Shown here: piece after piece, positions 10,186-18,560 of the stretch
Position numbering within the stretch: the stretch's first letter is position 1
Layout of the letters: each line of letters opens with the position of its first letter
Origin: Thermoplasmatota archaeon
GTDB taxonomy: Archaea > Thermoplasmatota > Thermoplasmata > Lutacidiplasmatales > JAMCUS01
NCBI GenBank assembly: GCA_023379385.1
Contig: JAMCUS010000032.1
Span: 14,243-78,242, forward strand
Length of the DNA: 64,000 nucleotides
Reading direction: 5' to 3'
The notes under the pieces: model-generated
Told to the model about the DNA's origin: nothing
The model's database searches: none
The model's input: the letters and a program-made list of their open reading frames with translations, nothing else
Translations under genes and position numbers: made by a program

Positions 10186-11380
10186 ATGCTAAAAAGCGTA
10201 ATACAGAATTATAGTCCATCAGATAGAGTTTTCAGTCTTATGCATAAATTTACAGACGGTATTAATATGTGCATTAATATTGCTCTTGAAAAAAAAAATT
10301 AACCTCCAGAAATGCACTTTCAAAGAATGCATATCCACTCTTAACCGAGTATAAAATTCCCTCTTACTATTATCCGTCAATAATCAACAAGGCAATAGCA
10401 TTAACCAAAACCTACAACAAAAGATTGAGAAAAGGCAGGAAAGCAACCAGACCTCATGTTGAAAAGCCAATGCTGCCTACTTACTATGGGTTTAAAATTG
10501 AAAATGGCAATATTATGATTCCTGTTTCAAATGAGAAATATAAAAGAGAATATGAAGAAATATCATTAAATGAATATGTTCAAAAAAACATATCAGAAGT
10601 GAAAGTACACTCTTTTACATTGAATTAGACCAACCTTTCCTTATCAATAGGAAAGGATGTTGAAGTTATAGATTGTAAGAATACAGTTGGTGTAGACCGA
10701 AATTTGAAAAACGTAACTGTTGGTAATGAAGAGCATCAAGAGGTATATAACCTTTCAGACGTGGTAACCATTAAAAAAAGATATAAAAAGAAGATATCAC
10801 ATTTTAATAGAAATGATCGCAGGATAAAAAAGAAGATATATGAAAAATACGGTAAAAGATCTAAAAATAGAACTAAACAAATCATGCACACAGTGAGTAA
10901 ATAGATCGTGGAAAACGCAAAAAACAATAGCGAAGCAATAGTATTAGAAAATATCAAGGGTATAAAAGAGATAACACATAAAGGAGATAATAAAGGTAAA
11001 AATTACAGATTCATGTTTCATAATGCATTCCCATACGGTATGCTGGCAAATCAAATAAAATACAAGGGAGAATGGTTGGGTTTACGAGTAATAGAATTAT
11101 CAAGGAAAGAAACAAGGAACACAAGCAGAGAATGTTCGGTATGTGGGTCACTGACCCCCGAAAAGAACAGGGAAGAACTTTGATCTGTGAACGTTGTAGC
11201 CTGATAATAGACAGAGATGTAAATGCATCAATAAACATATCAAAACGTGGTCGTACATGGCTAACACGATCCCTACAGGAAATGGAAAAAGGGTGGTCAG
11301 GCGAAGCAATGAAGCAGTCAAAAGATGTGGAGCAGATGATCACAAGAGATAAAATCGTATCAAACTATGATATAAAATAA
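10186..11380 (+). pseudogene. tnpB: IS200/IS605-family TnpB pseudogene
   Basis: Fragmented ORFs carrying VGVDRNL, IVLENIKGI, TSRECSVCG, CERCSLIIDRDVNASINI; frameshift in a poly-A run near 10290 and internal stops. Confidence 0.88.
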
Positions 11381-11673
11381 TTTTGTCTCTAAGTTGTCTC
11401 AAGGCTGCTATCTCTCTATGGATACTACCAACCGTTAGAGCAATCACGATAAATAATTGAATGTCAGTAAACCCTGTTTTTCATGTAGTACGTACCCGGT
11501 ATATAGGTTGCTCAGTACGTGAAATGATATATCTGGCAATCAATTGCAATTTAACGGTTTGTAATTACCATAGATGGTATGGTAAAATTAATATCCTTGT
11601 TATAATTAATATACGTTAACTTTATAATATATAACGAATTTAGGTTATTAAAAGCTAAAAGGTGTTATAATAT

Positions 11674-12807
11674 ATGCCAAATGAATCTACTAATAATGTG
11701 ATATGTCCATTTTGTGGTGAGTCTGTTGATCAAAAATTGGCAGAGTGCCCCGTATGTGGAGCAAAGCTATTTGATGAGCTATTCATATGCCCCAGGTGTA
11801 CTGCTAGTGTTACATCTAAAGATGCAATATGTCCGTTATGTGGCGTTAAACTAGCAACAGAGATTTCAAAGGTACAGATAGAGGGTGGTAGTACATACGT
11901 TGTAACAGATGAAAATTTTTCATATAGGTTATTTAAAACCCTTACCGGGATGGATTACAAGGGATTGATATTATCAAAAATGAACTTACAGAAAATTGAA
12001 AAAAAATATTCCATAACTGATGCAACAGCGTATTGGTTGACAGCAACACAGGGAAAAGAAAAAACAATAGATCCACAGAGATTAGATTTTGAGTTGATGT
12101 ATACGGTATCTGAGTTTGTTAAAAACAATAGCCAAAGTGTTACAATCATAGATGCATTAACATTGCTTATATCTTCTAACGGTGGTCAAAAGGTTGGTGA
12201 TTTCATAAAGTATATTTCAGATCTTATATCCACAAAGGATTCAATCGTTATATTACCTGTTCAGGATAACTTCATGGAACAGAAAGATTATGATTTTATA
12301 AAGGAATATGTACAACCCATAAATTATAAAGAAATACAGAATGAGGTTACAGCAAATAAAGAAGCAGAAAAAATGAGAATTGTGATTAGAAAACAGAATA
12401 TAACTGGGAAAAAAGGCGATGAAAAGGTAATACCGTCATCCGCAAAAGTTGAAGGAACCGTTACTAGCGACATGAAGAATGATTTAAATAAAAAATCAAT
12501 GTTAACAGATACAACGCAAAATATAGAGGAGGTAAAAGGAAATATGAACCAATCTGTAGCTACAGGTCCAATAAGAATAAAATTAAGAGATTCTGAAACT
12601 GGTGCTGTACTTGAAATGGAGCTTGATATTGATAACACCATAGATGAACTCATAGAAAGTGCAGGCGCTTACTGGGAAAAGGCAACGGGTGTGTATGTTA
12701 TACGAAAAGGAAATAAAATTCTTAGAGGTAATATGAGAATTGGAGATGCCGATGTTAGAGATGGAGATATTATTGAGCTCATTCCAGATCCTGAAGGTGG
12801 AATATAA
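11674..12807 (+). CDS. Double zinc ribbon + DUF835 (inactive KaiC-like) + C-terminal ubiquitin-like domain ending PEGG-I
   Basis: Four CxxC pairs; DUF835-like YWLT...IDPQRL...IIDALTLLI..NG; beta-grasp pattern IRIKLRD...TIDELI...ILRGNMRIGDADVRDGDIIELIPDPEGGI; first gene of the E2/JAB/E1 cluster. Confidence 0.85.
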   Translation: MPNESTNNVICPFCGESVDQKLAECPVCGAKLFDELFICPRCTASVTSKDAICPLCGVKLATEISKVQIEGGSTYVVTDENFSYRLFKTLTGMDYKGLILSKMNLQKIEKKYSITDATAYWLTATQGKEKTIDPQRLDFELMYTVSEFVKNNSQSVTIIDALTLLISSNGGQKVGDFIKYISDLISTKDSIVILPVQDNFMEQKDYDFIKEYVQPINYKEIQNEVTANKEAEKMRIVIRKQNITGKKGDEKVIPSSAKVEGTVTSDMKNDLNKKSMLTDTTQNIEEVKGNMNQSVATGPIRIKLRDSETGAVLEMELDIDNTIDELIESAGAYWEKATGVYVIRKGNKILRGNMRIGDADVRDGDIIELIPDPEGGI

Positions 12808-12825
12808 AAATGGAGGTGGTTATAG

Positions 12826-13320
12826 ATGACTCAGCCACTTTCTTTTATTAGACAGAGATTACTAGCAGAAATTGAACAGGTTAAAAAGTTGATGGAGTAT
12901 CCTGTTGAGGTATCTGATCCAACTTTAACAAATTTTCCTATAGAAGTTACAATAACAATTCAAAAAATTCCTGGACCATATCTTAAGGATGGTAAGTTAT
13001 CGACACGATATACTCACAAATTCAAGATTATTGTAGATGCTGAATATCCCTATAAAAAACCAGTGATTCACTGGCTAACACCAATATTTCATCCTAACAT
13101 AATGCCACCTCATGAAGGTGGATACATATGTACAAAAATGTTAAAGGTATGGTCGTCTCAGTCATCCATTGTTTCTTTTATTCAGGGTGTGATAACATTG
13201 TTAAGCAATCCCAATCCATACGATCCACTAGGTAGTGATGCATGTTTAATGTCGGCACAATATTTTGTCAAACATCCGTATCACCCACCATCTATATTAA
13301 AAAAAGGAGAAGAAGACTGA
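12826..13320 (+). CDS. Ubiquitin-conjugating enzyme E2 (UBC fold)
   Basis: YPYKKPVIHWLTPIFHPNI...GGYIC (catalytic Cys), W..QSSI..FI..V..LLSNPNPYDPL; GGAGGT RBS upstream. Confidence 0.93.
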   Translation: MTQPLSFIRQRLLAEIEQVKKLMEYPVEVSDPTLTNFPIEVTITIQKIPGPYLKDGKLSTRYTHKFKIIVDAEYPYKKPVIHWLTPIFHPNIMPPHEGGYICTKMLKVWSSQSSIVSFIQGVITLLSNPNPYDPLGSDACLMSAQYFVKHPYHPPSILKKGEED

Positions 13321-13351
13321 TTATTAAAATCTAATAGGGGTATCATTTCAA

Positions 13352-15241
13352 ATGTCAAAAGGTATAAAGATCGTTGCGGAACATAAAAGAGAGGTTAAAG
13401 AAATACCTCCACCAGATAGAGATAGAATTTCATATCATAAATGGGATTCTGCAGAATCAACCGAAATTTATGTTAATACATATAGATCTGGCAATCTTTT
13501 TGATGTATATATATCCAAAAAAGCGGAGGAGAAGATGATGAATCACTGTCTGTCCGGTGTTCCAACAAGGACAGAGGTCATGGGTCTACTTGTAGGGGAT
13601 ATATACAGATATAACAATACAATATATGCAGTTATCAAGGATGTTTCCACTACAGAACTTGATGCCAATGCCGTTCATGTCCAGATAAATAAAGAGGATT
13701 CTTCATATACAAAATTATTTCAAAGATTAGATGAAATTGGCGCAAATTTTATTCTTGTCGGATGGTATCATTCACACCCAGGACATACATGTTTTCTATC
13801 TGAAACAGATATTAATACACAGAAAAAGATGTTTCCAGAATCATACCATTCTGCAATAGTTATAGACCCTATTTCACAGCAGTTTGAGGTGTTTACTGTT
13901 GACAATGAAGGTGGGTACATTAGAAGATCGCATGCAATCTTCTGGGATGATTTTGAAAAGCCCTATGTAGTTGAAGAGGCTCCTCCAGTACCATCATTTC
14001 AGGGTGGTTATGCTGCAAATGAGGGTATATTAGCCGAAAGGTATAACGATATTACCAATAGAGAAGCCATACTGAAAAATCATGAAATGGAATTAACTAA
14101 CCTCAGAAATAGCTTAATTGCGAAAGAGAGAGAACTAATCGAAAGAGAGAATATGTTTGCAAAACAGGGGCAGATGGCATCGGCAACTACCGCCACATAT
14201 GCTGATAGAATGAACATAGAAAGAGAGAGAATTGAATCTCTTGCTAAAAATATTGCTGTCAGAGATGCAGATCTAAGAAGAAGGGAAGAACAGATAAAAA
14301 ACATAGAAATGGAATTGAGAAAAAGAGAATCAGAAGTTGTCAAATATACTGGATTAACAGAGAGCATAAAAAAAGAATGGGAAAGAATAAGTACAGATAA
14401 AAATAATATTGAGTTTGCACAGAAATCTATATCCAGAAAGGAAATTGAATTGAAAGAGAAAGAGTCTATATTAAAAGCAAAGGAGGAGGAGCTGGCGGCT
14501 TTAGGATTGATACCCAGTGTTAAAGAGGAACTGGATAAATCAAAGATAGAACTTAATAGGCTCAATAATGAGATAAAACAGAGGGAGGAAGCACTAAAAT
14601 TAAAAGAGAATGATTATAATAAAAGAAGGAGGGAAATTGAAGCCATGCAAAAGGAATACACTTCGAAGCTGCATGAACTTAATGAACTGGAACTATCCCT
14701 GAAAACCAAATCTGTTACATTGACAACTAAAGAAGCAGAAATAGAGAAAATTAAGGAGTTACAGTCCGAAAAGGAAGTAGAACTTAAAAATCGTGAAACA
14801 AAGATCACTGAGATGGAAGAAAAACTGCAGCGTGGATTAACAGATCTGAAAAGTAGGACAGAAATACATGCAGCCAAAGAAAGCACATTCAGTTTGAAAG
14901 AGATGGAACTCCAGAAGGAGAGTAAAGAACTTGAAAATATTAATATAAAGCTTAAGAAAGAAGAGAAAATTATAAAAATGCTTACAGATACATTTGGAAA
15001 GACCGTTATCAGTAGTGGTGCCATAAAGCAATATAACAGTAGTGACGAATTTTATAAAGATATGATAATCAGAGCAAAGGAGCAACTTTCAACCATGGCT
15101 GAAGAGTTTGTAATAATACAAAAAAATACACAGAAAATGTTAACACTTCTGAAAACCACGAAAAAAATAGCAGATAAAACAGTTTCCAAAAGAAAAACAA
15201 AAAAGAAGGTACGAACTGTATGGAAAAAGGCAGCAAAATAA
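13352..15241 (+). CDS. JAB1/MPN+ (JAMM) metalloisopeptidase, Rpn11/CSN5-like, with long C-terminal coiled coil
   Basis: EVMGLLVG and VGWYHSHPGHTCFLSETDINTQ (complete E...HxHx7SxxD), AIVIDP; residues ~230-550 are E/K/R-rich heptads. Confidence 0.92.
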   Translation: MSKGIKIVAEHKREVKEIPPPDRDRISYHKWDSAESTEIYVNTYRSGNLFDVYISKKAEEKMMNHCLSGVPTRTEVMGLLVGDIYRYNNTIYAVIKDVSTTELDANAVHVQINKEDSSYTKLFQRLDEIGANFILVGWYHSHPGHTCFLSETDINTQKKMFPESYHSAIVIDPISQQFEVFTVDNEGGYIRRSHAIFWDDFEKPYVVEEAPPVPSFQGGYAANEGILAERYNDITNREAILKNHEMELTNLRNSLIAKERELIERENMFAKQGQMASATTATYADRMNIERERIESLAKNIAVRDADLRRREEQIKNIEMELRKRESEVVKYTGLTESIKKEWERISTDKNNIEFAQKSISRKEIELKEKESILKAKEEELAALGLIPSVKEELDKSKIELNRLNNEIKQREEALKLKENDYNKRRREIEAMQKEYTSKLHELNELELSLKTKSVTLTTKEAEIEKIKELQSEKEVELKNRETKITEMEEKLQRGLTDLKSRTEIHAAKESTFSLKEMELQKESKELENINIKLKKEEKIIKMLTDTFGKTVISSGAIKQYNSSDEFYKDMIIRAKEQLSTMAEEFVIIQKNTQKMLTLLKTTKKIADKTVSKRKTKKKVRTVWKKAAK

Positions 15242-16101
15242 AAATAATTACCAAGAATAAAAAAGAAAAAAAAGATTCTGTTAGCCAGGGCAAGGCAAAA
15301 AAAAGTATAAAAAAGTTAAAGATCGGGTATGAAGATAGCGATATACACGACAGGATTAAAAGAATACCATGGATAAAAATTGATAAAATCAAAAAATCAA
15401 GGGTGCTGGTTATTGGAGCCGGTGCAATAGGTAACGAGGTAATGAAAAATCTTGCCTTGTCAGGATTTAATGACATAACATTAATAGATATGGACCATGT
15501 GGTGATTTCAAATCTTAACAGATGTCTTTTTTTTACTTTTGAAGATGCAAAATCGAAAATATATAAGGTAGATGCTATTAAAAATCATATAAAAGATATG
15601 GTTTCATCAATCAATATCAAAGGAATTACAAAGCCAGTTGAAGAGATAGAGGAAGAGTTTTTCAACAATTTTGATATAATATTCGGTTGCGTGGATAACA
15701 TACTTGCCAGGGTCAGAATAAATAGCCTGGCGTCGCATTATCAGATTCCATATGTGGATGGTGGAACTCATGGGATGGTTGGTAAGGTACAGGTGATATT
15801 ACCTCCTGATACGCCATGCATTGAATGCAATCTAAATATTTCACATTACAAAAATTTGGAACAGCTTTTTACATGTTCAGGACGTGATGATACGAAGGCA
15901 TTCGAGCCAAAAATACCTGCTGAAGTCACAACAACAGCGATTATAGCGGGAGTCATGGTTAGAGAGGGACTAAAGATTTTATCTGATAAGAGAGACAATG
16001 TAATAAAGCATATATTCTATTATGATGGATTAACAAATAAATCAGATATTCTTGAATCAGAGATAAGCAAGGGATGCAGCAATCACAGTAAAAATCATTG
16101 A
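15220..16101 (+). CDS. E1 ubiquitin-like activating enzyme (ThiF/MoeB/E1 family, Uba3/Uba2-like)
   Basis: VLVIGAGAIGNEVMKNLALSGF, IDMDHVVISNLNR, GCVDNILAR, DGGTHG, PCIEC, candidate catalytic Cys in FTCSG, C-terminal CSNH. Confidence 0.92.
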   Translation: MEKGSKIKIITKNKKEKKDSVSQGKAKKSIKKLKIGYEDSDIHDRIKRIPWIKIDKIKKSRVLVIGAGAIGNEVMKNLALSGFNDITLIDMDHVVISNLNRCLFFTFEDAKSKIYKVDAIKNHIKDMVSSINIKGITKPVEEIEEEFFNNFDIIFGCVDNILARVRINSLASHYQIPYVDGGTHGMVGKVQVILPPDTPCIECNLNISHYKNLEQLFTCSGRDDTKAFEPKIPAEVTTTAIIAGVMVREGLKILSDKRDNVIKHIFYYDGLTNKSDILESEISKGCSNHSKNH

Positions 16102-17168
16102 TTGATAATTTTGAGTGGTGTTCTTTCCACTTCAAGTTTGTCTGATGTCGGATAACTTTCTGTTATGTAACTGCTGGCGTTGAGTTTCTTATATATATCA
16201 CTCAGGATCCATGACGCAATTTCTATCTTCTTTTTGTTTTTATTCACGAAGTAATATTTTTCAGGGACCTTCAGTGTATGCAGAATTTTAATAACATTGT
16301 TTGTGTCACCCTCTATCACACCCTTTATAAGCGTTCCGTCATCGGTAACAATTTCATAATTTTTTTTAACATTCACAGCTCTGATCCTCAATCTATTCCT
16401 GAGCTGTACTGAATCCTTAAACGGTGATGAGCAGAAATGCACGGTTAATCCGCTATCCGCAATGTTGCTAAAGACATTCTCAACACTCTCAAGACTGCCC
16501 ATGGCCTCTGCAGATTCTATGTTCCGCAGTTCGATACCTCTATTCCTCATTCTGATCCAGTTTGTAGGAGAGAATTCCAGTTCATTGAGATTTATGAATG
16601 GAACCTCTATTTCAGATAATGAATCGATGAGTCTCACGACGTTATTTTCTTTACCTGGTATTGCTGGAATTTCTACGCCAGCCGTATATCCCTCTTTATT
16701 GAGCTGTTTGAGGGTTGAATAATATGGTGATCCCTTTACCCTGTCCCACAAGTATGATGGTATGTGTATTCTTACTTCATCCACACCCGTATGAAACATC
16801 TTAATCAACAATTTGTGATTAGGTGTTATGGTGTATAGATGTATATGATGTTTCTCCCCAAAAGTCTCCTTCAATAATTTTATATAATGCAGGGTTCTGA
16901 AAGGAACTGATAACGGATCTCCACCAGTTATACCGGTGCCAGTCGATGATGATACAGTTACCTCTTCAATAATGTCATCATCATTGAATACAGCCTTTTC
17001 ATTGGCAAAGGTTTCTCCCTTCTTCCTCTCATCAGAGATAGGACAGTAAAAGCATCTCATAGAACATTTAGGTGTTACAAAAAGCACTGTTTTTCTTCCT
17101 TTCCTGCATAATTTGCAACCAACTGGCAATCTTCCAGAGAGCAATGAACCAGCGACAAGTTTACGCAT
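16095..17168 (-). CDS. Uncharacterised archaeal radical SAM protein
   Basis: GCKLC..G.KTVLFVT..CSMRCFYC (CxxxCxxC), GITGGDPL, FINLNELEFS. Confidence 0.88.
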   Translation of the reverse strand: MRKLVAGSLLSGRLPVGCKLCRKGRKTVLFVTPKCSMRCFYCPISDERKKGETFANEKAVFNDDDIIEEVTVSSSTGTGITGGDPLSVPFRTLHYIKLLKETFGEKHHIHLYTITPNHKLLIKMFHTGVDEVRIHIPSYLWDRVKGSPYYSTLKQLNKEGYTAGVEIPAIPGKENNVVRLIDSLSEIEVPFINLNELEFSPTNWIRMRNRGIELRNIESAEAMGSLESVENVFSNIADSGLTVHFCSSPFKDSVQLRNRLRIRAVNVKKNYEIVTDDGTLIKGVIEGDTNNVIKILHTLKVPEKYYFVNKNKKKIEIASWILSDIYKKLNASSYITESYPTSDKLEVERTPLKIINQ

Positions 17169-17254
17169 AGTATGATAATGGTACTGCGGTATATAAAAAT
17201 AAGCAACGCATGTAGAATAACTTTGATATATGAATTAAGGGATATGACTAAACG

Positions 17255-17920
17255 ATGAAGGAAAAGGTAGTTACACTGTTATCGGGTGGTCTAGATTCAT
17301 CCACGTTATTGGCATATCTCATAGATAATGGATATGAACCATATGTGATAACATTTGAATACGGGCAGATACACGAAAAGGAGATTATAAGTGCAGTAGC
17401 TATAGCGCGACATTACGGTATAAAGAATCACAAAATCATAAAAATAAACATGAAAGATATTGCCAAATCCGCTTTACTTGATAGAAATACTGGGATCCCC
17501 ATGGATAGATATGTCATGAATGAAATCCCGGTTACCTATGTTCCAGCGAGGAACATCGTCTTTCTATCCATTGCGCTATCATACGCAGAAAGCGAAAATA
17601 TAGAGAATATCGCAATAGGTGCAAATGCCATAGATTATAGCGGTTACCCAGATTGCAGAGAAGATTTCTTTAAATTATTTGAGGAAATGGCGAATGAAGG
17701 TACAAAAATGGGTTTATCATATGGAAATATAGAGATAATGAGGCCATTTATACATATGAGCAAGAAGGATATTGTGCTTTTAGGCAACTCTCTGCATCTA
17801 CCATTTGAAAAAACATGGAGCTGTTATAACGGTAACGAAAAGCCCTGCATGCACTGTGATTCATGCATCTTGAGAAGCAAAGGGTTTAAAGAAGCCAATG
17901 TTACAGATCCACTGGTGTAA
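17255..17920 (+). CDS. queC: 7-cyano-7-deazaguanine synthase
   Basis: LLSGGLDSST, TYVPARN, DYSGYPDCR, TWSCY...PCMHCDSC. Confidence 0.96.
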   Translation: MKEKVVTLLSGGLDSSTLLAYLIDNGYEPYVITFEYGQIHEKEIISAVAIARHYGIKNHKIIKINMKDIAKSALLDRNTGIPMDRYVMNEIPVTYVPARNIVFLSIALSYAESENIENIAIGANAIDYSGYPDCREDFFKLFEEMANEGTKMGLSYGNIEIMRPFIHMSKKDIVLLGNSLHLPFEKTWSCYNGNEKPCMHCDSCILRSKGFKEANVTDPLV

Positions 17921-17921
17921 C

Positions 17922-18560
17922 ATGAATATTGTAGAAATTTTTGAATCAATACAGGGTGAAGGTCCCGATACTGGAAAGAGAACACTATTTATAAGAACTG
18001 CTAGATGCAATTTGAGGTGTATCTGGTGTGATACAAAATATTCATGGAATAATGGAGTGACGTATCATGTCGATGAACTGGTGAAAATAATTGAAAAGTA
18101 TAAGGCAAGTGATATTTCAATAACAGGCGGTGAGCCATTATTGCAGAAAAGTGAACTTGTTAAATTGTTGAAATTGATTGATAAAAAAAAGGATATAAAA
18201 ACTGTACTTATAGAAACCAATGGCGCCATAGATATACGCCCTTATCTGGTATTCAGGAAAATAAAAATTTCCATGGATGTCAAATGTCCTTCATCTGGCA
18301 TGACTGAATTCAATCTGTATGACAATATCAATTTGATAAGAAAACAGGATGTAGTGAAATTTGTAATAAAAGACGGGGTAGACTATAATTTTGCAAAAAA
18401 AATATTGGATGAACGGATGATAAAAGGAGAGGTTATTTTTCAGCCTGTATACGGTGCAGACCTTAGAACCATTGCTGAAAATATTATTAAAGATAAACTA
18501 AATGTGCGATTCATGGTACAGATGCATAAATATATATGGGGAGATGAAAAGGGACATTAA
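17922..18560 (+). CDS. queE: 7-carboxy-7-deazaguanine synthase
   Basis: EIFESIQGEG, CNLRCIWCDT, ITGGEPL, ETNG, QMHKYIW; ATG at 17922 directly after the queC stop. Confidence 0.94.
   Translation: MNIVEIFESIQGEGPDTGKRTLFIRTARCNLRCIWCDTKYSWNNGVTYHVDELVKIIEKYKASDISITGGEPLLQKSELVKLLKLIDKKKDIKTVLIETNGAIDIRPYLVFRKIKISMDVKCPSSGMTEFNLYDNINLIRKQDVVKFVIKDGVDYNFAKKILDERMIKGEVIFQPVYGADLRTIAENIIKDKLNVRFMVQMHKYIWGDEKGH

Noticed and set aside
11701-11850. N-terminal Cys-rich region as a RING E3 ligase
   Set aside because: The spacing is four simple CPxC pairs (double zinc ribbon) with no C-x-H cross-brace pattern.
15220-16101. E1/Ubl as ordinary MoeB/ThiF-MoaD/ThiS sulfur-carrier genes
   Set aside because: A catalytically intact E2 and JAMM are adjacent, there are no thiamine or molybdopterin genes nearby, and the E1 has Uba3-like motifs.
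16095-17168. Radical SAM gene as part of the ubiquitin operon, or as the archaeosine enzyme RaSEA (it is divergent from queC/queE)
   Set aside because: It is on the opposite strand, convergent with E1. Its GCxxC...CxxxCxxC pattern fits a different conserved archaeal radical SAM family, so neither link is supported.
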